Assembly: GCA_028534125.1 (NCBI GenBank)
Contig: CM052841.1
Coordinates: 61,380,001-61,444,000, forward strand
Source of the DNA: Lama glama
Lineage: Eukaryota
Reading direction: 5' to 3'
Length of the DNA: 64,000 bases
Shown: positions 24,501 to 34,587 of the stretch, piece by piece
How positions within the stretch are numbered: position 1 is the stretch's first letter
Layout: the number at the start of each line of letters is the position of its first letter
Notes under the pieces: generated by a model
Seen by the model: the letters and a program-made list of their open reading frames with translations, nothing else
Told to the model about the DNA's origin: nothing
Database searches by the model: none
Program-made: the position numbers and the translations under genes

Positions 24501-27500
24501 CTGGCCGCGGACCATCTGTCGTGAGGGATAGTTTCTGTGTGTTATCCGTGAAGCTGTGTGGTTGCGATCTATTGTGGCCCCAAGAGCAGATCACAGTGAC
24601 TGATTTTTATATATTTAAGGTTAACATATTAGAGAAATTGGGACTTCAGACTTTGCTATCCGTTAAAATGATGTGTAGACATAACCCCAGAGAATGTGTC
24701 CAGACTTGATACAAATTAAATATCAGGTTTATCGGCAGCTTCAGTTGGATCCAATTTCTGGAATTCAGGTGCATGTTATGTTTTCTGTGGAAGAGCTCTG
24801 TAGTGTGAGGTGTACTTAATTCTGCTTTCTTTATCCTATTTTCACAGTGATGATGCCTTCATCATCAGAACGTTGAGAAGTCTAGTAACAAATCTACCAA
24901 CGTGTTCCCAGAGCTCTTTTACAAGGAGCTGCCTGGAACCTGGTACATGAAATAGTGATAGTCAGGTCCCAGGCAGCTGGCAGCTGGGGTCAACCCCAGC
25001 ATTTATTGAGTGATTTTCACACCAGTTCTCCTCCAGCCTTTTCATGGGAATGTGCAGTATCTCAGAGTGGTTAAGACAGGCTTGGGTTTGAGCCTTGGCT
25101 GAGCCACTTACTAGCCAAGTTATTGTGGCTAAGTTACTTAACCTCTCTGAACCTTAATATCCTGGAAATTACAAGTCCAGGGACCAGTGCTGGCTCTGCC
25201 GCTGACAGGCTCTGGCACGCGACGGGGAGGGCTGGGCCCGGGGATCCCAGAGGCCCCTAACAAGCTCTAATATTTTTATGATTTTATGGTCCCTTCTTTA
25301 TCCATTGAGCAAACACACTGAGCTGATCATGTTCTCTTTCTCAGGAGAGAAAACAGCTAGAAATGCCTTCTCCTTTTGGTTTTTAAAGATTCATTTCAGA
25401 CAAAGCCTGTCTGTGGCAGCTGGTGGTCACACTGCCTTCCCTTCTCTGACCAGGGAGGGCGCCGCAACCAGGGGACTGGGCTGGCTGAGGAGCAGCGTCC
25501 CAGGCTCCCAGAACCACTTTGAGAGAAGGTGTCCTTTCCTTTGCCTCTGAGAGAGTGACCCCTGCAGCCTTCCTCTTTAACAGACCTGACACGTGTGCAG
25601 GGTCCACAGATGGAGGAGGAGGAGGTTGGGACAGTGTGAGTGGGAGAAAGAGTGGAGAGGAAGAGGGAGGGGGCAGCCACAGGACCCCCAGGGAAGAGGA
25701 CCACAGGCAGGCCTTTGGCCCAGGCCTTAACACAAGCATCTCCCAATGGAAATGCTCTTAGGTCTGGCCAGACCTGAGAGAGACAGGACAAAACCCAAGT
25801 GAGACACCAGGGAAGCCAGGGGCTGCCCAGGCCTCCCTCACTCAGGCTTTCAGTGGCCTGGGCCTGGCCTGGTGCCAGCCTGTTTCTCTCTGGCTGGGAA
25901 CAAGCTGGTGAGTGCAGCTTCAGATAAAGTGGCCATGGTTCCCTCGGTCCCCTGGGGAAGGGCGTGCTGCGGGCTGAGTGGCCTGGACAATGAGGGAAAG
26001 GCTCTGAGGTTGCGGAAGGAAAGATTTAAAAGCTGCCAAGGCTTGGGTGCAGAGGTGTTTAATTGCAGAAGTGTTTCTGGCTGAATGATGCCCCTGGAAC
26101 AAAGAATCCGTTGGGCCAGAGCACAGAAGAAGGTTTTGTCTTCCAAGACCAGAACCTGCCCCCAAGCTCTCAGAACAGGCCTGATAAGAGCTCTCTGCTG
26201 ATTGGCTGAGAGAGACCATCTGCCTTTCCTCCCGGTTTAGGAAACACCAGGAAGGGGCAGGGCTGCTCTCCAGGCTCTGTCCGCCCATTCAGCTTCCACA
26301 GCCAGGTAGTCTTGGCTGGTAATGCCTGTGTGGGAGCTCGTGGTCAGATGAGCCACAAGGAATCTATTACTAACAATCAGTACCAACATTTGAGAGGGCT
26401 TTGCTTGGGGAAGAAAAGGTAAATTATAGTGCATGCAAGTTATCTCCATACTAAAATCACTGCCATTCCCTCCCTCCCATGCAGGTGTGCTTCCTTAGGT
26501 GTGGGAGAGAGGGTTGGTTGTGTGCAGGAGCCTTGGAATGCACTTAGTCCATGCTGAATTATGAACGTGAAGAAGCAGGAGAGCCAAACCACTTGAGATG
26601 CCAGGATAGGGCCATGCCCCTGGGTCTCCCCCAGGGACCCACTGGTAACTCAACTCTCAAGTCCACCTGGTAAACTCTTACAGATCTTCCAGGTGCAACA
26701 CTGAAGTCCCCGCCTCTGTCCAACTTGTCCCTTCTACTCCAGGCAGACTCAGTCATGCCACCTTAGTAGACGTAGTAGGCTTAATGCCCGGAGTCCCTCA
26801 CGTGCCCCTCTGTGGGCACTTAGTGCACAGTGATACTGCCACAGTGCCTTCACAGCCCATAATTTTCATCAAGTTCCTGATTTCAGGTACTTTGTTATGT
26901 TGGTCCCATAAATTCTCACCATGTTCTGGAAATTTGGGGCTTGACAGATGCTTCCCCTCAGAGAAATCCTTTATCAGGCCAGACATGCTGATTTTAGGGT
27001 CTAGAACTGGTGGGCGCTGGATAGGTCCCAGTGCATTCGTGCATGTGCCACCTCCCCGAGACTGACTTCCTGGAGGTTAGGACTGTCGTTTCCACCTGCA
27101 CCCTGCCCCCACAAGTCCAGCACTGTGATGGGCAAAGAGTAGGTAGGCGCTCAGCTATTGTTGGCTGCCCCACATGACGTAATACTGCATGCCTGATTGC
27201 ACTGAGTTTCCACAGCAACCCTGTGACGTTACGACTCTTGTCCCCATTTTACGGAAGAGAAATTGAGGCTCAGAAGAGTTAAGTACCTTTCTCATGAGCA
27301 AATAGCTAACAAGGGGTACAGCCCGGATGCAAACTTAGGTCTTTACTCCTACACTGTGTATCTACCAGCTCAGTTCAAGCTCAAGAATATCCTGACATTG
27401 TTGAGTCAGAAACCAGAGATGCTTAAGTGAGAGGAGATCTGTTCGGTGAGCACTGAGGTCAGCCTGACTCCCATCAGAATTCCATTTGGTGTCTGTGGGC

Positions 27501-27699
27501 ACGTTTTACCTTCTGGGTATTATATCAAGACATACTAGCGCACTCTGCACTCTCTTTTGGAACTTCTGATTTAGGACAGGCATGTTGATGAACCAGTCAT
27601 CAGCTGTAGAATGCCAGAGCTAAAAATGGACTGTTTTTTAAATGTCAATCTCCTGTTTCAAGGAAGAGACCAAGACCAAAGGAAACTCATAGATACCAT

Positions 27700-27930
27700 T
27701 GTTGAGACTTACCATGTGCCCAGAACTGTGCTAACTAAATGTTTTGTAGTATTTCATGTAATTCCCAGATGGGCACTACTTAATCCGTTCCTCAGTTGAC
27801 AGATGGGGAAACAGAGGCTGTGAGGGACTAAGTCCTGCCTGATGTCCCAGAGGTCATCAGTGAGGAAATCAGAAGATGAATCCAGGTCAGGCTGCCCCAG
27901 AGCACAGGTCCTCACCCTGGACACCCAGTA
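27700..27930 (-). mobile_element. MIR SINE
   Basis: ttgagacttaccatgtgcccagaactgtgctaa...ttgacagatggggaaacagaggct...cccagaggtca. Confidence 0.6.
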
Positions 27931-29169
27931 CAAGGCTTTGCTGCGAGATACTGCGGGAGGGTGCTCTGCCCTGCACCCAGCTGCCCCCACAGACCTGCAA
28001 ACAGTGCCACCCTTGTCCTTTGCATGGGCCACCCTCCTGCACTCAGGTTCAGCCTTTCTCTGGAATTAGCAAGCTACTGCTCTTCCCAGTCCTGGTGGTT
28101 ATTTTCAGAAGTGTGAAATAAGTGTAAAAGAGGATATTTTCAGTGAAAATATCACCCTGCTTATATAACGAAGTGGTCCCAAAATCACTGACTTGGAGCA
28201 GATATGTTGTTAGTTTTTGCAAAGATGAATCTAGTTCTTATACGACAGCCCATTTGGAAGGCTCCCGGGGTCCTGGATGAATGAGAGGCTGGGCTTCAAG
28301 GGGCTAGGCTCATCCTCCCCAACAAAAACCCCGGCCCGAGTGAGGATTCCCAGAGTCATAGAGCACAGAGGAGTCAGCTCCAGCTTTAAAGTGAAAAGGC
28401 CTGAATTCAGACCCAGCCTGAGAATACTAAGCCTGTGAGCAAGTTACTCATCCTCTCAGTTAACCGTCCCAAAGCTTTGCAGGGGTTAATGATGTAGTAT
28501 GCACGAAAGTGCGTCAGCATCTCAGTCAAGCTTCAGAACCTACAAGCAGCCCTATTCCTCCCCCATAATGATATTCTGAGAATTACCATATTTTAAGATG
28601 AAACATGTATTTAAGAGTATAAGGAATCATACTGAAAGTTCTAGACAGCAGCAGACTCTAGGAAGTGTGTGGGTTTTCCAAAGCACTCCTTCCCATCCCC
28701 CGGCCCCTACAACGTGTTCATCATACTTTTGCTGTGATAACACTTTCTTTTCCTCTGATCCGTTGTTTCTTCACTGAGCATGTATCGAATGCCAGTTCTG
28801 TGCCTGGCACACACAGTGTGAGAGCTTGCAGGAGAGACATCTTACCTGGCAACACTGAGCACCTCCTGCAGAGCCCAGCAAACTCAGGCTGAGGGTTTTT
28901 CCTATCAGAAGCCAAAACACTTGTTCTCTTCTGAGACCCCACCCCCACCCCATTTCCTGGTTCTACCTTAGGGCTTCCATCTGAGGAATGTGGTCCCCCT
29001 CTCACCCCACCGGCTCCAGCGGCTTGGCCCAGGGGACTGCTGGGGATTGCGTAAGCCTTTGGCCTGGCTTCAACTTGCCGTGGCTTTTCCCCCACTTGTG
29101 GTCACAGCCAAGGGAAGCCTGGCGCCGGGCTCTGAGGCCCAGATGGAGCGGGCTTCTGGAGGGACTTAC

Positions 29170-29986
29170 CCGACGGCTTGTCTGTGGAGGACGGGAGGCT
29201 GGTGAGGGTCGGCATGGTGGGCAGAGGGGGCGGCAGCACCTTCAGGTTCTGGTCGCTCTGGATCTCATTGGTGGAGATCTGGTTGATGATGCGGTTGTAG
29301 GGGGGCGGCTGGTAGACGCGGGGCGGGGCTGCGGGGGGCGGCTGGGGCATGGGCCTGGCGGCGGGCACGCGCTGGCAGTGTTCCTCCAGCTGCGCGATGA
29401 TCTCCGACTGGTTGTGGGCCAGCGTGGCCAGGTGCTGGTACTTGTGCTCCAGGTCCTTGTACTTGCTGGCCAGCTGCAGCATGTCGGCCGTCTGGTTGAG
29501 GATCCTGTTCTCCAGCTGGGACAGCNNNNNNNNNNNNNNNNNNNNNNNNNNNNNNNNNNNNNNNNNNNNNNNNNNNNNNNNNNNNNNNNNNNNNNNNNNN
29601 NNNNNNNNNNNNNNNNNNNNNNNNNNNNNNNNNNNNNNNNNNNNNNNNNNNNNNNNNNNNNNNNNNNNNNNNNNNNNNNNNNNNNNNNNNNNNNNNNNNN
29701 NNNNNNNNNNNNNCAGCTCCAGCTCCTGCTTGTGCACCCGGTTCTCCAGGAGCACCTCGGGCTCCTTGGAGTTGACGCAGATGGCGCCCGTGACCCGCTG
29801 CTGGGGCACGATGAAGGTGTAGGTGCACTTGTCCGGGGACTCGCCGGCCCGCTTGTACCTGTTCAGGTAGATGAACTCACTGGGCGAGCCCTCCTCTGTG
29901 CCCTCAAAGCCATCCTTCTGGCCTGCAGCAGCTCCCAGGGTGGCCAGCAGTCCCAGCCACCAGCATGTCACGCACAGTGGCCTCAT
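29170..29986 (-). CDS. ANGPTL2: ANGPTL2 exon 2 coding part (817 nt): signal peptide, N-terminal region, coiled coil, Pro-rich linker; interrupted by 188 N
   Basis: Translates MRPLCVTCWWLGLLATLGAAAGQKDGFEGTEEGSPSEFIYLNRYKRAGESPDKCTYTFIVPQQRVTGAICVNSKEPEVLLENRVHKQELEL...LSQLENRILNQTADMLQLASKYKDLEHKYQHL...STDKPS. Start context ggaccATGa has A at -3. Donor G|GTAAGT at 29170/29169, phase 1. N-glycosylation sequons NQT and NQS are present. Confidence 0.98.
29526..29713. other. N-gap of 188 nt inside ANGPTL2 exon 2
   Basis: Run of N; the reading frame is preserved across it. Confidence 1.
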
Positions 29987-30035
29987 GGTCCTTACAGAAT
30001 GGTGGTTCTTCTTTGCAAAAAGAGCCTATGAAAAC
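29987..30035 (-). other. ANGPTL2: ANGPTL2 exon 2, 5' UTR part (49 nt)
   Basis: Polypyrimidine tract and acceptor ctccccttctgtttactttcag|GTTTTC at 30036/30035. No AUG before the main start. Confidence 0.85.
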
Positions 30036-30582
30036 CTGAAAGTAAACAGAAGGGGAGACTCAGTAATGGCCCTGTCCCTGCCAGCAGCCTGTGCCATAAA
30101 TGAGCTCAGACTTCCATCAGCAGATCTTTCCAAAAACGCAGCTTCAGGAGGCAGCCCTTCTGGGAGCCACAGGAGGAGAGAGGAAGGCCCCAGCAGAGGC
30201 AGAAGGAGACAGGAGGGGATCCGGGCATCTGAAGGCAGCAGGCCATAGCCCTGCCACTCCTGGAGCCAGCTCCAGTGCCCACAGCCTTCTTACTGAGCTC
30301 CTAGCCTGGAGCCTATGAACCACACGAGGGCAGCTTAAAGCAGGGAGGGGAGGGAGAGGAAGAGTTCTCTGACCTCCCTTCTCCTTTGCCTCACACTCCT
30401 CAGACTGCGAAGTCTCCCCTGGACGTGCCCTTTTTAACACCCATCACAGCTGTGATGAGTCTGAATTCTGTGTGATCTTTTTTCATGGATCTATGCACCA
30501 TGAGAGCCGGTGCTATGTCTGTTTCCATCCTGTATCCCCAGGAGGCTGCACTAAGCAAGCTTTCTGAAAATATATGTGTATA

Positions 30583-30666
30583 TTTTAATAGAGGTACTGA
30601 TGATTGAACCCAGGACCTTGTGTATGCTAAGCATGCGCTCTGCCACTGAGCTATTAACACCCCCTC
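30583..30666 (-). mobile_element. tRNA-Ala-derived SINE, Vic-1-like (camelid)
   Basis: Minus strand reads ggggtgttaatagctcagtggcagagcgcatgcttagcatacacaaggtcctgggttcaatcatcagtacctctattaaaa. A box TAGCTCAGTGG at 30653-30643, AGC anticodon-like loop, B box GGTTCAATC at 30610-30602, AT-rich tail. Confidence 0.8.
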
Positions 30667-30944
30667 TACAAATATTTGTTAAATGAACAAATTGCTAGAC
30701 ATAGTATTGAACGTGTTCAGTGTGTCATGGACAATGTCAGTGGAAGGATGTGTCCAGTCACGTGGCTTTGGTCTTCACTCTGGCCAAGCTACAGAGCCCA
30801 AACAGGAGCAAACAACTGAGCTCTTCTAAATCCAGATGTTTGCAACAGCCAGTAACTGCGCGGTCCCCATCATTGCAACGTGATTAAACCAGGTGGGAGC
30901 AGAATACAGACACGTGTCTCCAGATTTGTTTCCATTCTATTCTT

Positions 30945-31230
30945 AGACCATTTGCTCCTTCCCCAGGCATCCATCAAACATTTGCCTATGCCAGGCAGTG
31001 TGCTGGCTGCTGGAAATGCAGCTGCACACAGGACAGAGCCAGCCCCTGCCCTCACAGGGCTTGCCCATCATCGCGGCCCCTGGGAGCCGTGAAGCGGAAG
31101 TAGTGTATGCTGCAAAAGGGTGTAACAGGGAACTGACCTAACCAGAGGGGTCAGGAAAGCTTCCCTGAGAAAGTGACCTTTATGCTGACCCTGGAGGGAT
31201 GAGTAGGAGTTAGCCAGGCCACGGGGGAGG
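30945..31230 (-). mobile_element. L2 LINE 3' fragment
   Basis: aaacatttgcctatgccaggcagtgtgctgg...ccctgccctcacagggctt...ggggtcaggaaagcttccctgagaaagtgacctt...ggatgagtaggagttagccagg. Confidence 0.7.
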
Positions 31231-31339
31231 GGATGGACACGCACAGATCCCTCTTGCCTACTCAGGAACGTGGCTCCAGCAGTTCTCCCTCAGCTCTCTG
31301 GCATGATCACATTTTTCCTACAATCATGCTGTTATTTCT

Positions 31340-32785
31340 TTCAGCTTAAAGAAAATCGTCTCTTGACCTCCCATCCCTTTTCCAGCTACTATTCCATTTT
31401 TCTGCTCCCCTTTTTAGTAAAACCCTCTAAAGAGTTGCCCATACCCACTGTTTCTAGAAAGTCCCTCTCTTCCTGTTATCTCTTGAGCCCATTCCCATCA
31501 GGCCTGGCCCCCTCCCCTCCATTCCAAGTGTCCTGGACAGGATCACCAGTGGCCTCACTTGCCAGGCCAAATGGCCAGTAAGTCTTGGTCCTCATTAATA
31601 CTTGCCTCTTGACACTGTGGGACCTGGCTGATCCACCCCTCTTTCCCAGACTTCCTTTCCTCCTGTCTCACTGGCCACTCCTCAGCTTCCCTTGCTGGTT
31701 CGTCCCCCTTTTCCTGTCCTGGGCTGGGAGCAGGCGGGCAGAGCTCAGTCCTCAGGCATCTTCTTTACCTCAGTGGTCTCATCCAGTCTCGCGGCTTTGA
31801 TCACTTTCAACCACGGATAACCCCCACATTTATCCTCCAGCCTAGGCACCCCACTGCCCCCCGCCTTGAGTCCAGACTCATACATCCAACTGCCTCTTTG
31901 ACATTTTCGCTTACGTATTGCTACTACCTCTGGGCATCTCAAACTTGACTTATCCAGAAATGAACTCCTGGCGTTCCCCATACCTCCATTCCAACCTATT
32001 CATCCCAGGTTTTCCTATGTTAGCAAATGGCAACTCTGTTCTTTTGATTGCTCAGGCCAACAACCTTGAAGTCATCCTTGATCTCTTTCTTTTTGTCATC
32101 CCCTATGTCTAATTCACCACCAAATTCTAATAGCAATATCCTGAGAATATTCTTAGAGCCCTCCTGCGTCTCCCCACCTCCCCTGGTACAACCCACCCTC
32201 ACCTCTTGCCTGGACTCAGCTGATCTCCCTGCTCCTGCCCTTGCACATTACAGCCTGTCCGCAACCAAGTAGCCAGAGTGAGCCTTTTAAAGAAGTCAAA
32301 TCAGGTCATTCTTCTGCTCAGAATCCTCTGGTGGTTCCTCATCCTGGAAAAGAAGTTAACGGGTCTCCAAGGCCCCCGACCTGGCCGTGCTCCCTCCCTG
32401 GCCTCATCTCCGGCTCCTCTCATCCCCGCGCTCGCCGCCCCCACCGCACTGGCCTCCTGGGTGCTCTTCAGGCTCACTGGTGGTGTGGGGCCTTTGCGCT
32501 TGCTGCTCCCTCACCTAGAACGCTCTTCCCCCTTCCTCGTTATGCACACCCTCGCCTCTTTCAGGTCTTTGCTGAAGTATCACTTCCCCATGAGGCCTTC
32601 CCTGCTTATTTAAAATTGTGACCCTGGCCACCTTCACTGTCAGACAGTGTCTTGCTACCCACCCCCATGAAAGGAAGCTCCGTGAGGGCAGGGGCTTGTC
32701 CGCTTTGGCCACTGCTCCGCGCATAGTGCCTAGCACAAGGCCTGGAATACATAGGAGCTCAGTGAATATTTGTGGACTGAATGAA
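31340..32785 (+). mobile_element. Long L2 LINE remnant (about 1.4 kb) including its 3' end
   Basis: ccagactcatacatccaactgcctc...gggcatctcaaactt...tgctcaggccaacaaccttgaagtcatccttga...catagtgcctagcaca...ctcagtgaatatttgtggactgaatgaa. Confidence 0.8.
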
Positions 32786-32924
32786 AAGACACACCCACAG
32801 CAGTTACCACACAGTGGGGTGTGCTATGAAGAGGGGCCAGGGAGCCGAAGGCAAGTGACTGGCTGAGGGGGTGGGGAGCTGCCCAGAAGGAGCCCGTTTA
32901 TTACATTTATTACTAACGCCCATA

Positions 32925-33170
32925 GCATCCATTTGCTGAGTGCCCACTGTGTATCTGGCCCTGCACCCAACATTCTGCAAGTGTTCTCTACTTTATTGAG
33001 TTCTCACAGTGTCTTTTCATAGGTGCTGTTGTTATTTCCATTTTACAGGTGAGGAAACTGACACTCAGTGAGGCTAAGTGACTTGCCTGAGATCACAGAG
33101 CTGGAGGGTGGCAGAGCCAGGACTCAGCCCAGATCTGATGAACTCAGACCCTCAAACTCTTAATGACTAC
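32925..33170 (-). mobile_element. MIR SINE
   Basis: ttccattttacaggtgaggaaactgacactcagtgaggctaagtgacttgcctgagatcacagagct. Confidence 0.8.
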
Positions 33171-34487
33171 TCAGAAATGTACTTCATCTGGTTTCTAGTA
33201 GTGAAGTATTAACATCACGACTTTCTGACTTTGCATTAATTTACGTTAGAATGACAACTGTGACACAGAACCTGAAGGTTCTTCTCTTCCCCTGGCCCCT
33301 TTGAGGGCTTCTCTGGTGGGCAGCCTGGGTCTGGGCTCCACCTTGTACTGGACAGCGAGTGGTTACAAAACAGACCTGTGCTCCCAGGGCCACGCTGAGC
33401 TGTTTTCCACTTGAATGAGAAAGTCCAAGCCTGGTTCCGAAGGCCAGCTCAGGCCTTCAGGCCAGGCAGAGAAAGGTGTTTGGAGCCTCTGGTTTGGGTT
33501 GGGCTATGAGGTAGGGCTGCAGTGACGTTAGTGGAAACGGAGCTGAGTTTGTGAGTGTTTGCCTAGTTTCCAACGGGCTTTGGCAGCTCCTGTGCTGGTG
33601 GCCACACCCGACCCACAACAATGGGGAGGAGCCGCCCTCCCAAGCCAGGACCGGCCTGCCAGCACTGCTTTGCCCCAGGCCGCTCACCTGCAGCAACTGG
33701 GACTAACACCTCTCTGTGGGGCGTGATGCTGCTGTGGATGCCCTCGAGGGCCTCCACTTTGGCCAAGACACTGCCATGGGCCAGGGAGGCAACCTAGCTC
33801 CAGGAGAGGGTTGGCTTCCAGACCTTCCCAAGCCTCAAGACCTGGCAGGGTGGCACTGTTTACCCTTGAGTTCTGTCCCCTCCCAAGTGTGGGCTCTCAA
33901 GGCTTCCCAGGCAAAGCTCTGTGCCCTTGGACTTGAGACCCTGAAGGCTGAGCCTCTTCTGTGAAATGGGGTATTCCAATGCACCCTGCATTAGGTTAGG
34001 AACGTTGAAGTGCTTCTGAAACTAGAGATAGGAATCACATGATAGCAGCACGAGAGCAGACAGCCAAGCCGACGGGCAGTGAGGATGCTGACCACGCAGT
34101 GTGTCCTGCATGTGTACCATCTCCTTGGATCCTCCCATACCCCTAGGAGGCACCCTGACTGACTATCCCATTTCACAGAGCAGGCCCTCCCCAGGAGGTC
34201 TGTCTGGCCTCCTCTCCCAGCCTTGAAGGGGTCACGGTGTCCCCAGCATCTCACACAGCGCTGGGCAGAATGGTGAGGCAAGGGACGTGCAAAGGCAGTC
34301 AGTAGCTGTGCAGTCTTTGGAGAGCATCTCTTGTGACTGTTGTAGCTTGACAGTTAACACTCGTACAGGTTTCCAGGTTCACAAGGCCCTTTGTGTACAC
34401 ATTATCTCATGTAATCATCACAACATTCAGAGCTAGTTAGCATTCTGAAGGTGAAGAAACTGAAGCTCAAGAAGGGGTCAGGTATCT

Positions 34488-34587
34488 NNNNNNNNNNNNN
34501 NNNNNNNNNNNNNNNNNNNNNNNNNNNNNNNNNNNNNNNNNNNNNNNNNNNNNNNNNNNNNNNNNNNNNNNNNNNNNNNNNNNNNNN
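34488..34587. other. N-gap of 100 nt (conventional unknown-size gap)
   Basis: Run of exactly 100 N. Confidence 1.

Noticed and set aside
26800-26820. CTCF-like motifs (also near 6835, 13125 and 63541)
   Set aside because: Only partial matches by eye; not supportable without a PWM scan or ChIP data.
29102-29169. C-terminal tail of the 294-aa ORF (KSLQKPAPSG...)
   Set aside because: Read-through past the strong GTAAGT donor into intron 2. I noticed no nearby minus-strand AATAAA to support a truncated isoform.
28988-30031. 347-aa plus-strand ORF as a separate gene
   Set aside because: It is the in-register shadow of GC3-rich exon 2 and includes the N-gap.
30583-30666. Functional tRNA-Ala gene
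   Set aside because: The acceptor and T stems pair poorly, and it has an AT-rich tail and a candidate target-site duplication, so it is a SINE.
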